Shown here piece by piece: positions 29,333 to 37,873 of a DNA stretch of 37,873 nt. The DNA lies in contig JBNPEG010000113.1 in assembly GCA_051117555.1 (NCBI GenBank), positions 1 through 37,873 of the forward strand, in the 5' to 3' direction. Both the position numbers and the translations under genes were made by a program. Origin of the DNA: Elainellaceae cyanobacterium (lineage in GTDB: Bacteria; Cyanobacteriota; Cyanobacteriia; CAZCXK01). The stretch's first letter is position 1. The number at the start of each line of letters is the position of its first letter. The notes under the pieces are model-generated. The model was not told where the DNA came from, did not search any database, and worked only from the letters and a program-made list of their open reading frames with translations.

Positions 29333-32215
29333 ATGAAACTCACCCACGGCAAAATTCGTGAACTTCTGACCGAACCTGGTTGTGAGCACAACCATAAAAA
29401 AGATGGCAAAGGCAAAAACAAAGCCTGCACTCAGACAGCCCAACCGGGTGCGGCTCAAGGCGGATGTGCTTTTGATGGAGCCAGTATTGCTCTTGTGCCA
29501 ATCACCGATGCCGCGCACTTGGTGCATGGGCCAATTGCCTGTGCTGGCAATTCATGGGGCAGTCGGGGTAGTCTTTCATCCGGGCCGATGCTCTACAAAA
29601 TGGGTTTCACCACCGACTTGACCGAGAATGACATTATCTTTGGGGGTGAAAAGCGGCTCTACAAAGCCATCCAAGAGGTGCAGCACAAGTATCATCCTGC
29701 CGCTATCTTTGTCTATTCCACCTGCGTAACGGCGCTAATCGGAGATGACCTCGATGCAGTATGCGACTCCGCATCGCAGAAAGTTGGCATCCCCGTCATT
29801 CCCGTCCAGTCCCCCGGCTTTGTCGGCAGCAAAAACCTGGGCAACCGCCTCGCTGGAGAAGCCCTGTTAGAGCATGTCGTCGGCACTGCCGAACCCGACT
29901 ATACGACCCCTTACGACATCAATTTGATTGGTGAGTACAACATTGCAGGGGAGATGTGGGGCGTGTTGCCACTCTTTGAAAAAGTCGGCATCCGCGTGTT
30001 GTCTAAAATTACGGGAGATGCCCGTTATCGGGAAGTCGCCTATGCCCACCGTGCCAAACTCAATGTGATGATCTGCTCGAAGGCGCTGATTAACATGGCG
30101 CGGAAGATGGAGGAGACATACGGCATTCCCTACATCGAGGAATCTTTCTACGGCATTGATGACATGAACAAATGCCTGCGCCACATCGCCGAGAAATTCG
30201 GTGATCCAGTGTTGAAAGAGCGAATCGAGACGATGATTTGTGAAGAAACAGCCTCGCTGAATCAGTCTCTTGCCCCCTTTCGACAGCGGCTAGCAGGCAA
30301 GCGGGTTGTTTTGTATACGGGCGGGGTGAAAAGCTGGTCAATCATTTCAGCCGCCAAAGACTTGGGTATCAACGTCGTTGCCACTAGTACCAAAAAAAGT
30401 ACAGAGGAAGACAAAGCCCGCATCAAAGAACTGCTAGGCAAAGATGGAATCGCGATTGAGAAAGGCAATGCTCAGCAGTTGCTCAAGATTATCGCTGAAA
30501 CCAAAGCCGATATGCTGATTGCAGGCGGACGAAACCAGTATACTGCTCTCAAGGCTCGGATTCCATTCCTGGATATCAATCAAGAGCGGCACCATCCCTA
30601 TGCCGGATATGTAGGCATGGTAGAAATGGCGCGAGAACTGGATGAAGCCTTGCACAGCCCCATCTGGGCACAGGTGCGAAAAGTCGCTCCGTGGGAGGCA
30701 GAGGATGGATGTGGGAATGGGTCGACGGGTCGATGGGTGGATGAGAAGAAGGGTAGAAGCGGACATGGGTCGACGGGGCAATGGGTGGATGAGACGATAG
30801 ACGATGCGTCTTCCTACTCTCCCACTCCCCTGCGCCCTCAAACCAAAGTTGTTGCCCGTCGCAAGTCTGCTGCTGTCAATCCTCTCAAGCAAAGCCAGCC
30901 CTTGGGTGCATCCCTAGCATTTTTAGGACTTAAGGGCGTTATGCCCCTGTTTCATGGCTCTCAAGGCTGTACGGCATTTGCCAAGGTTATGCTGGTGCGT
31001 CACTTCCGGGAAGCCATCCCCATGTCTACGACTGCCATGTCTGAAGTATCTACCATTTTGGGGGGTGAGGAAAATGTGGAGCACGCCATTCTTACCCTAG
31101 TTGAAAAATCAAATCCAGAGATGATTGGGCTGTTCACCACAGGGCTGACCGAGACTCGCGGCGATGACATGGACGGTATTCTCAAAACGGTGCGGCTGCG
31201 CCATCCTGAATTGCATGATGTGCCCATTGTGTTTGCATCAACACCTGACTTTAAGGGTGCCTTGCAAGATGGCTATCAGGCGGCAGTCGAAAGCATGGTG
31301 CGATCGCTCCCCCAGCCCGGTGAAACCCGATTTAACCAGGTCACCGTTCTCGTGAGTTCTGCCTTTGCCCCCGGCGATGTGCAATACATCAAAGACATTA
31401 TCGCTGGCTTTGGCCTATGCGCGATCGTGGTGCCAGATCTCTCAACCTCCCTGGATGGACACCTTGATGACTCGTCCAGCAGTACAACAAACGGCGGCAC
31501 AACCCTAGCACAGTTGCGAGAGATCAGCAGTTCGGTCTACACCCTCGCCTTGGGAAACAGCATGGAAGGAGCCGCTGTGATTCTTCAACAACGGTTTGGC
31601 ATTCCCTATGAAGTATTTCCAGCCTTGACCGGGTTAGACGCAGCCGATGAGTTTGTTAACGCGCTGGCCGATATCAGTGGAGCAGAGGTGCCGGAGCGCG
31701 ATCGCCACCAGCGATCGCAACTCCAAGACGCCATTCTAGATACCCACTTCTTCTTTGGTGGCAAGAAAGTCTCTCTCGCGCTAGAACCCGATCTCTTGCA
31801 TGCAGTCGCCTGGGCGCTCCATCAGATGGGGGCAACGATCCATGCCGCCGTCACCACAACGAAGTCTACGTCACTCAAGCAGTTGCCAATTGAAACGGTC
31901 ACGATTGGAGATTTAGAAGACTTTGAAGAACTGGCAGTTGGCTCTGACTTGCTGATTGCTAACTCCAATGCAGGGGCGATCGCCCGTCGGCTCCATATCC
32001 CCTTGTATCGGCTAGGCTTCCCGGTGTTTGATCGCTTGGGCAACGGTCAGCGCTGCACGGTAGGCTATCGCGGCACGACTCAGCTGCTATTTGATATCGG
32101 CAATCTCCTGCTAGAAGCCGAGGAGGATGCATCCCATGCCAGGTTAAAACCTGAACAACCGGGAATTAGCCTCTATCCAAATGTCAACCAATTGAACAGA
32201 TTTCATCCATCCTAA
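29333..32215 (+). CDS. nifEN: Fused NifEN FeMo-co scaffold
   Basis: NifE part ([31 protein letters not shown]) in frame with NifN part ([29 protein letters not shown]); ATG 29333. Confidence 0.96.
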   Translation: MKLTHGKIRELLTEPGCEHNHKKDGKGKNKACTQTAQPGAAQGGCAFDGASIALVPITDAAHLVHGPIACAGNSWGSRGSLSSGPMLYKMGFTTDLTENDIIFGGEKRLYKAIQEVQHKYHPAAIFVYSTCVTALIGDDLDAVCDSASQKVGIPVIPVQSPGFVGSKNLGNRLAGEALLEHVVGTAEPDYTTPYDINLIGEYNIAGEMWGVLPLFEKVGIRVLSKITGDARYREVAYAHRAKLNVMICSKALINMARKMEETYGIPYIEESFYGIDDMNKCLRHIAEKFGDPVLKERIETMICEETASLNQSLAPFRQRLAGKRVVLYTGGVKSWSIISAAKDLGINVVATSTKKSTEEDKARIKELLGKDGIAIEKGNAQQLLKIIAETKADMLIAGGRNQYTALKARIPFLDINQERHHPYAGYVGMVEMARELDEALHSPIWAQVRKVAPWEAEDGCGNGSTGRWVDEKKGRSGHGSTGQWVDETIDDASSYSPTPLRPQTKVVARRKSAAVNPLKQSQPLGASLAFLGLKGVMPLFHGSQGCTAFAKVMLVRHFREAIPMSTTAMSEVSTILGGEENVEHAILTLVEKSNPEMIGLFTTGLTETRGDDMDGILKTVRLRHPELHDVPIVFASTPDFKGALQDGYQAAVESMVRSLPQPGETRFNQVTVLVSSAFAPGDVQYIKDIIAGFGLCAIVVPDLSTSLDGHLDDSSSSTTNGGTTLAQLREISSSVYTLALGNSMEGAAVILQQRFGIPYEVFPALTGLDAADEFVNALADISGAEVPERDRHQRSQLQDAILDTHFFFGGKKVSLALEPDLLHAVAWALHQMGATIHAAVTTTKSTSLKQLPIETVTIGDLEDFEELAVGSDLLIANSNAGAIARRLHIPLYRLGFPVFDRLGNGQRCTVGYRGTTQLLFDIGNLLLEAEEDASHARLKPEQPGISLYPNVNQLNRFHPS

Positions 32216-32265
32216 GGATCTACGACATGTGTTTCTTCACCTTTGATTGATTTAGGAGATTAACC

Positions 32266-32682
32266 ATGAAAGTTGCATTCACCACAGGCGACTCGATTCA
32301 TATCAACGCCCACTTCGGATGGGCAAAGACGATCGATGTCTACGATGTGAACACCGAAGGCTATCAGTTTTCCCAAACCCTTGAATTTGACGGAGATCTC
32401 AAAGAAGACGGCAACGAAGATAAACTCGAACCCAAAATTCAAGCGCTAGATGGCTGCACGATTGTCTATGTGTCTGCCATTGGGGGGAGTGCTGCCGCCC
32501 GCATTATCCGCAAAGGCATCACTCCTATCAAAGCCAATTCAGAAGACGACAAAATCGAAGACGTGCTGAATCAATTTGTGAAGACGTTGCGAGGCAATCC
32601 GCCTCCTTGGTTGCGCAAAGCGTTGTTAAAAGATAAGCCCACTTTTGAAACCCTTGAAGACGAAGAGGAAGTTGTTGTATGA
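32266..32682 (+). CDS. nifX: NifX
   Basis: MKVAF...NAHFGWA...IGGSAAA...PPPWLRK. Confidence 0.96.
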   Translation: MKVAFTTGDSIHINAHFGWAKTIDVYDVNTEGYQFSQTLEFDGDLKEDGNEDKLEPKIQALDGCTIVYVSAIGGSAAARIIRKGITPIKANSEDDKIEDVLNQFVKTLRGNPPPWLRKALLKDKPTFETLEDEEEVVV

Positions 32683-33173
32683 CCGCTACCCATACTGCTC
32701 TAACTGCTACTGCTCCAACTGCCGAAACACCTGTCAATGTGGCAGATGCACCCTTCTTGCAAGCTATTGTTCAACAAATTCGCGCGAATGACCCCTATGG
32801 CACCTATCGCAACTGGAGCGATGAACTACTGCTCAAGCCCTATATTCTTTCTAAGGCTGAGAAACGGGAGATTTCCGTTGAGGGTGATGTAGACCCCATC
32901 ACGAAAGGTCGGATCTTTGCCTTCTATCGGGCGATCGCCGCTCGTATCGAGGAGGAAACCGGGAAACTTGCCACGGTTGTAATCGACCTAAGCCATGAAG
33001 GATTCGGCTGGACACTCATCTTTTCAGGTCGCTTAATCCTAGTATCGAGAACGCTGCGTGACGCTCAGCGGTTTGGCTATGCGTCTCTCGAAAAGCTCAA
33101 CCAAGAAGGCGAGAAACTGATTCAAAAAGGAATCGAGATGGCGACCCGTTTTAGCGAGGTTTGTGACCTATAG
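32679..33173 (+). CDS. NifX-associated protein (DUF269)
   Basis: QIRANDPYG, SHEGFG, LRDAQRFGY motifs; overlaps the nifX stop. Confidence 0.9.
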   Translation: MTATHTALTATAPTAETPVNVADAPFLQAIVQQIRANDPYGTYRNWSDELLLKPYILSKAEKREISVEGDVDPITKGRIFAFYRAIAARIEEETGKLATVVIDLSHEGFGWTLIFSGRLILVSRTLRDAQRFGYASLEKLNQEGEKLIQKGIEMATRFSEVCDL

Positions 33174-33265
33174 GGCTGATTTCGCGTTGGTCATGCCTGT
33201 TTGTGGGCGATCGCCGTTCGCCTCTACCGTTGAATTATTTTTCTGATATCTGTGATGAATCAAAG

Positions 33266-33487
33266 ATGAATCAAACAACGACCCTACCTCTAACTATCGA
33301 CGAGCTAAAAACCAAAATCCGCAAGCTCAACAGTAAAGCAGGACAGATGAAGATGGACTTGCATGATATCGCGGAAGGACTTCCCAACGATTTGGAAAAA
33401 CTTCCCGATGCAGCCGCCAAAACCTATGACCTATTCTGTCAGCTTCAAGCCCTAAGACAACAGCTTCGAGTTCTAGAGAATTCCTAA
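33266..33487 (+). CDS. CCE_0567-family (Rop-like, DUF683) nif metalloprotein
   Basis: KLNSKAGQMKMDLHDIAEGLP signature. Confidence 0.9.
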   Translation: MNQTTTLPLTIDELKTKIRKLNSKAGQMKMDLHDIAEGLPNDLEKLPDAAAKTYDLFCQLQALRQQLRVLENS

Positions 33488-33500
33488 CAGGAGAACGCCC

Positions 33501-33815
33501 ATGAGTCAGTCCCTCGCGATATTTAACACCTTGTCTACTGCTGAGGAGTATCTTCAGTTTTTTGGACTCTCCTATGACCCACAAATTGTCAACGTTAATC
33601 GGCTTCACATCTTGCGGAAGTTTTCTGGATTGGTTCGCGAAATCGACCGCGATGCCAGCTTAAATGACACCGAGAGACTGGCTCAATATCGGGTCGCCTT
33701 GCAAGATGCCTATGTCCTATTTTTAACCTCATCCCCGCTCGAGCAAAAGCTGTTCAAGGTCTTCAAACAAAAGCCCAAAAATGTCGTACTGCTGTCTGAC
33801 ATTGTAACGGAATAG
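33501..33815 (+). CDS. nifW: NifW
   Basis: AEEYLQFF...VNVNRLHILRKF...KLFKVF. Confidence 0.95.
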   Translation: MSQSLAIFNTLSTAEEYLQFFGLSYDPQIVNVNRLHILRKFSGLVREIDRDASLNDTERLAQYRVALQDAYVLFLTSSPLEQKLFKVFKQKPKNVVLLSDIVTE

Positions 33816-33889
33816 AAGGCTGACCTTTCTTAAATCCGTCCCCAAATGAATCCCCACAGAATCCTTGAAACGAATTGAGGAAAAGTCCC

Positions 33890-34714
33890 GTGACTACGTT
33901 GACCCCTATTGAACTCGATCGCTATCGCCGCCAGATGATGTTGCCCGGATTTGGCGAAGCCGGACAACGCAAGCTCAAGGAAGCAACTGTGTTGGTCACG
34001 GGAGTCGGTGGCCTCGGTGGCACGGCTGCCCTTTACCTGGCTGTTGCCGGAGTCGGCAAGCTTATTTTGGTGCGGGGTGGCAACCTGAAGCGGGATGATA
34101 TGAATCGCCAAATCTTGATGACTGACGATTGGGTGGGCAAGCCGCGAGTGTTCAAAGCTAAAGATACTCTTGCTGCCATTAATCCTGACATCGAAATTGA
34201 GGCCCGTTGTGAGTTTGTTACAGCAGACAATGTGGATGGTCTAGTGCAGTCGGCAGATCTGGCTTTGGACTGTGCCTTTGATTTCAAAGAGCGCACGTTG
34301 CTGAATGCTGCCTGTGTGCGGTGGGGTAAGCCCATGGTAGAAGCCGCCATGAACGATATGGAAGCCTACCTGACTACCATTATTCCGGGTGAAACACCGT
34401 GTTTGTCGTGCATTTTTCCAGAGATTCCTGAATGGGATCGATGGGGGTTTGGGGTGCTGGGTGCCGTATCCGGTACTCTCGCCTGCCTCACGGCGTTGGA
34501 AGCAGTGAAGCTGATTACAGGACTGGGCGAACCTTTGCTCGGCAAGCTTCTGACTATAGATCTAGCCCGTGCCGAATTCGCCAAGCGCCGACCATATCGC
34601 GATCCAGAGTGTCCGGTATGCGGAAAAAACAAGTCTACTCATCTATCTAGCCTCAGTAATGGGGTTCTATCAGAGTCCTTTGTTGCGCCTCTCGTAACCA
34701 CTCTCTCAACATAA
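33890..34714 (+). CDS. hesA: HesA (MoeB/ThiF family)
   Basis: RYRRQMMLPGFG, GVGGLG, DMNRQIL, PCLSC, CPVC; follows nifW; GTG start at 33890. Confidence 0.92.
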   Translation: MTTLTPIELDRYRRQMMLPGFGEAGQRKLKEATVLVTGVGGLGGTAALYLAVAGVGKLILVRGGNLKRDDMNRQILMTDDWVGKPRVFKAKDTLAAINPDIEIEARCEFVTADNVDGLVQSADLALDCAFDFKERTLLNAACVRWGKPMVEAAMNDMEAYLTTIIPGETPCLSCIFPEIPEWDRWGFGVLGAVSGTLACLTALEAVKLITGLGEPLLGKLLTIDLARAEFAKRRPYRDPECPVCGKNKSTHLSSLSNGVLSESFVAPLVTTLST

Positions 34715-34767
34715 CGCTGCCGTTCTACGCGAGATTGTTCGCCATGCTGGTATCACTGCTGGTCCTG

Positions 34768-34787
34768 GGAGGGGCGATCGCCCCTCC
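34768..34787. repeat. Perfect 20-bp palindrome centred on HIP1
   Basis: GGAGGGGCGATCGCCCCTCC in the hesA-hesB spacer. Confidence 0.7.
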
Positions 34788-34836
34788 GCCGAGAATCACC
34801 GAAACCATCAACGCCTCAACCTGAAGGAGAAAGACT

Positions 34837-35205
34837 ATGATTGTTACCCTGACTGATATTGCTGAACTCCGCCTACGTACGTTTGTGCGGGCGTCGGATG
34901 CTGCCGCCTCATCGACACGGGGTGTTCGTTTCTCAGTCAACGATGGAGGATGCAGCGGCTACGAATATGGGGTCAGCATTGTTAATGCCCCGAAAGACGA
35001 TGATATTTTGCTCGACCACGGATCGCTCAAAGTCTATGTCGATCGCCAAAGCGCACCCTTGCTTGAAGGGATTGTGATTGATTACGTAGATAGCCTGTTA
35101 GAGAGCGGCTTCAAGTTTACCAACCCAAATGCAACCGATACATGTGGCTGTGGAAAATCGTTTCAAGCAGGCGACTGCACGCCAGCCGCTGCACCCTGTA
35201 GCTAA
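34837..35205 (+). CDS. hesB: HesB/IscA-type Fe-S assembly protein
   Basis: GGCSGYEY, NPNA..TCGCGKSF. Confidence 0.95.
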   Translation: MIVTLTDIAELRLRTFVRASDAAASSTRGVRFSVNDGGCSGYEYGVSIVNAPKDDDILLDHGSLKVYVDRQSAPLLEGIVIDYVDSLLESGFKFTNPNATDTCGCGKSFQAGDCTPAAAPCS

Positions 35206-35294
35206 CGGATGTCATCCAAAGGCTACCATTACTACTTCCATTAATTCCTTCTTCACTATCACTATCCATCCTACTTATCTACCGGAGAACATAA

Positions 35295-35597
<303 letters not shown>

Positions 35598-35630
35598 TGT
35601 CAATCCCTTGCAAATACAGGACTTAGAAAC

Positions 35631-36161
35631 ATGGCAAAGATTGGAATCTTTTACGGCAGCACCTCCGGTGTCACAGAAGAAATCGCCGAAAAAATACGTG
35701 ATGAAATTGGAGACGATCTCTGTGATTTGTACAGCATGGAGGAAGATTTTGATGATGTCGATGATTTATTGAAATATGACTATCTACTTCTCGGTTGTTC
35801 CACTTGGGGAGCCGGGGAAGTCCAGAATGATTGGCGTGAGCCCCTGTTTGATATGGAGGTCGAAAAACCAGATTTTTCAGGGAAGACGATCGCCCTTTTT
35901 GGTCCAGGAGATTGCAAAGGTCATAGCAAACATTTTGTCGGCGCACTAGGAATCCTCTATGACCAATTTAAAGCGCTAGGGGCAAAGCTAGTAGGGGCTG
36001 TGTCAGCAGACGGCTATTCCTTCGAAAAGTCTACTGCGATTCGAGACGACCAATTTGTCGGCTTGGCTCTAGATGAAGTCAATGAAAGCGACAAAACAGA
36101 CCAGCGGATTGCAGATTGGCTAGAGTTGCTCAAGGCCGATTTCCCGGCACTCGCTACCTAA
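35631..36161 (+). CDS. Long-chain flavodoxin (FldA/NifF-like)
   Basis: IFYGSTSGVT, GCSTWGAG, FVGLALDEVNE...T..RI..W. Confidence 0.93.
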   Translation: MAKIGIFYGSTSGVTEEIAEKIRDEIGDDLCDLYSMEEDFDDVDDLLKYDYLLLGCSTWGAGEVQNDWREPLFDMEVEKPDFSGKTIALFGPGDCKGHSKHFVGALGILYDQFKALGAKLVGAVSADGYSFEKSTAIRDDQFVGLALDEVNESDKTDQRIADWLELLKADFPALAT

Positions 36162-36173
36162 TGGGGCGATCGC

Positions 36174-36203
36174 CTGTAGAGGCGTATATGCACGCCTCTA
36201 CAG
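36174..36203. repeat. REP-like GTAG...CTAC 12-bp perfect hairpin after the flavodoxin gene (possible terminator or mRNA stabiliser)
   Basis: CTGTAGAGGCGT-ATATGC-ACGCCTCTACAG. Confidence 0.7.
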
Positions 36204-36317
36204 ATCCCCAAGCTTCTCCTGATTGACTGACGAAACATTTTGTAGCCGCAGTTACTCTTCGAGAAGCCGCAACGCGTCTATACCTGCCAGCGCGGACTAC
36301 GAAGCGCAACGAATATC

Positions 36318-36809
36318 ATGCTTTTACTTGCTCCTTCGTCTCTTTTTGGGTTTGATGCCTCAGCAGAGGTTAAGGCACTGCTGACGGCTGCTGCTGATTG
36401 CTGGCACGATACTCCACTGTCACAGCAGTATGTTGAACGCGCGATCGCCCAAGGTAAAGGGAATCCAGATGTGTTAATCGCTGCCTATCGCTACTTTTTC
36501 TATAAAAACAATGGTGAAATGGCACTGTGGGTCACTCGAATCGTGATGGATTATGTTCGTCAGGTCGAACAACTACCCCACACATGGGATAGCGCGCACT
36601 TTCTCCTCCATGCACGAAAAGGAGACTCCATTATTCGTCTATATTTGCATGCCTATGCTGCATCCGGCTTGTTGTTAGCAAAGTTGGGCGATCTAGAGGG
36701 GGCATTGGCGATCGCCACTCACATCAAAGCCATCGATGACCAGCGCGAATTTGGGGGTGACCTCTTATACAGCATCTTGATAGCGCCCCCTGATAACGAC
36801 GACGATTGA
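36318..36809 (+). CDS. Conserved hypothetical all-helical (TPR-like) protein
   Basis: AAYRYFFYK and YL.AYAASG motifs recalled from cyanobacterial nif-region proteins. Confidence 0.65.
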   Translation: MLLLAPSSLFGFDASAEVKALLTAAADCWHDTPLSQQYVERAIAQGKGNPDVLIAAYRYFFYKNNGEMALWVTRIVMDYVRQVEQLPHTWDSAHFLLHARKGDSIIRLYLHAYAASGLLLAKLGDLEGALAIATHIKAIDDQREFGGDLLYSILIAPPDNDDD

Positions 36810-36827
36810 CATCAAGGAGAGCGTGCC

Positions 36828-37448
36828 ATGGGTTCGAAAGACTGGATCGTGACCAACGATGGACGATGTGAACCACACCCGTCGTTGCGAGATTGGGACT
36901 TACTCCGAGAAAACTACTATTTCCATCAGTTTCTCAGCGAGATCATCGATATCTTGAATCAGGCGCATCCTGAAACCGACGAATGGGATCTGCTTCCCCA
37001 AATTCGGATGCGAGTGCGACAACTAGTGATGAACTCATACTGGGTGAGAACCCGCTACACGACCCCAAATCCTCAGACGGGCGTTGGCTTGTTGACTCTC
37101 TACGATGAGATTGGCTATCCGCTCACGGTGCAAAATGAAGTCCGTGCCTCGGATACCGCCTCTACCATCCACAATCATGGAACATGGGGCATCATCGCTG
37201 TCATCAGCGGTAAAGAAGAACATACCTTCTGGCGGCGTGCTCCAGTGGATGGGTTCCCCGATCGCATCAAACAGGTAGGCCGCAAAGTTCTCACGTCAGG
37301 CGATATCCTCAGCTTCATGCCCGATGCTATCCATCAGGTTAAGGCGATCGCTCCCGAACCCACTCTCAACTTTTGTTTGTATGGAGACACACGACCCCAA
37401 TCGCGCTTTCGCTTTGACCCAATATCACAGACCGCAAAACAGTTTTGA
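36828..37448 (+). CDS. Cupin / cysteine-dioxygenase-like protein
   Basis: IHNHGTWG ... G.E ... PDAIHQV cupin motifs; AAGGAG RBS. Confidence 0.8.
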   Translation: MGSKDWIVTNDGRCEPHPSLRDWDLLRENYYFHQFLSEIIDILNQAHPETDEWDLLPQIRMRVRQLVMNSYWVRTRYTTPNPQTGVGLLTLYDEIGYPLTVQNEVRASDTASTIHNHGTWGIIAVISGKEEHTFWRRAPVDGFPDRIKQVGRKVLTSGDILSFMPDAIHQVKAIAPEPTLNFCLYGDTRPQSRFRFDPISQTAKQF

Positions 37449-37603
37449 AAGCATCGTGGGCAATTTAGTGGATATTTGTTTGGCGATCGCGACTCGTGGG
37501 CAGGTCGTTCAGACACGATTCACCATACCCGCTGTTTAGCATCGTTATCCTAACGTGAGAGCGTAAAGCTATATATCCCAAAAAATCAATAGGAGATGGA
37601 GCG

Positions 37604-37765
37604 ATGTCTACTCTTTCAAATGTGCTTTCACCGGAACAGGCTCAGCAAATTGCTCTGGAATTCTTAGCTAATGAATGGGACTTGTCCGCCAATGATCAAG
37701 ACTGGTTTTCGGTGCTGAATTGTCGCTGGGTTGGTGAAACATGGTATGTAAGTAGGTGGGACTAA
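37604..37765 (+). pseudogene. Short ORF (53 aa), probably a gene truncated by an insertion starting near 37750
   Basis: GGAG RBS, protein-like MSTLSNV...WFSVLNCRWVGETWYV, then an abrupt stop inside AAGTAGGTGGGACTAATTAAAT. Confidence 0.45.
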
Positions 37766-37873
37766 TTAAATATGAGACCTGTGTAGATACTGTTTAGGCC
37801 ACTGTAGGTCAAGTGTTGTGTGGGACTAATTTAGCCGAGTCAAATTTTTCCCCTGAAGACAAGACACCGTATA

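Overview
Cyanobacterial DNA (HIP1 GCGATCGC throughout) carrying an apparently complete, uninterrupted Mo-nitrogenase cluster of the non-heterocystous or nif2-like type. The rightward operon is nifB-fdxN-nifS-nifU-nifH-nifD-nifK-nifZ-nifEN(fused)-nifX-DUF269-CCE_0567-nifW-hesA-hesB-fdxH-flavodoxin-2 accessory genes. The divergent leftward run is nifP(cysE)-DUF2949-small ORF-nifV-nifT-GGCT-orphan-dps-Asr1405-like-2Fe2S protein, followed by the activator cnfR (patB) and mrp/apbC. The left end holds a separate module: desaturase-like gene, BMP-type ABC transporter, Lrp regulator, alpha/beta hydrolase and a deaminase-type amidohydrolase. Main points of interest: (1) a third copy of the nifB/nifP CnfR promoter architecture, 19/19 nt identical to the nifB copy at its core, pointing at mrp; (2) a covarying ~90-nt structured repeat on both sides of mrp; (3) a 34-aa hydrophobic ORF before nifV; (4) a long helix in the nifB leader; (5) ~20 x 21-bp tandem repeats between fdxN and nifS; (6) nifZ relocated next to an atypical nifDK; (7) a repeat-derived NifEN linker; (8) a nif-linked flavodoxin with His at the FMN-stacking Tyr position. 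All calls come from reading the sequence by eye; no searches were run.
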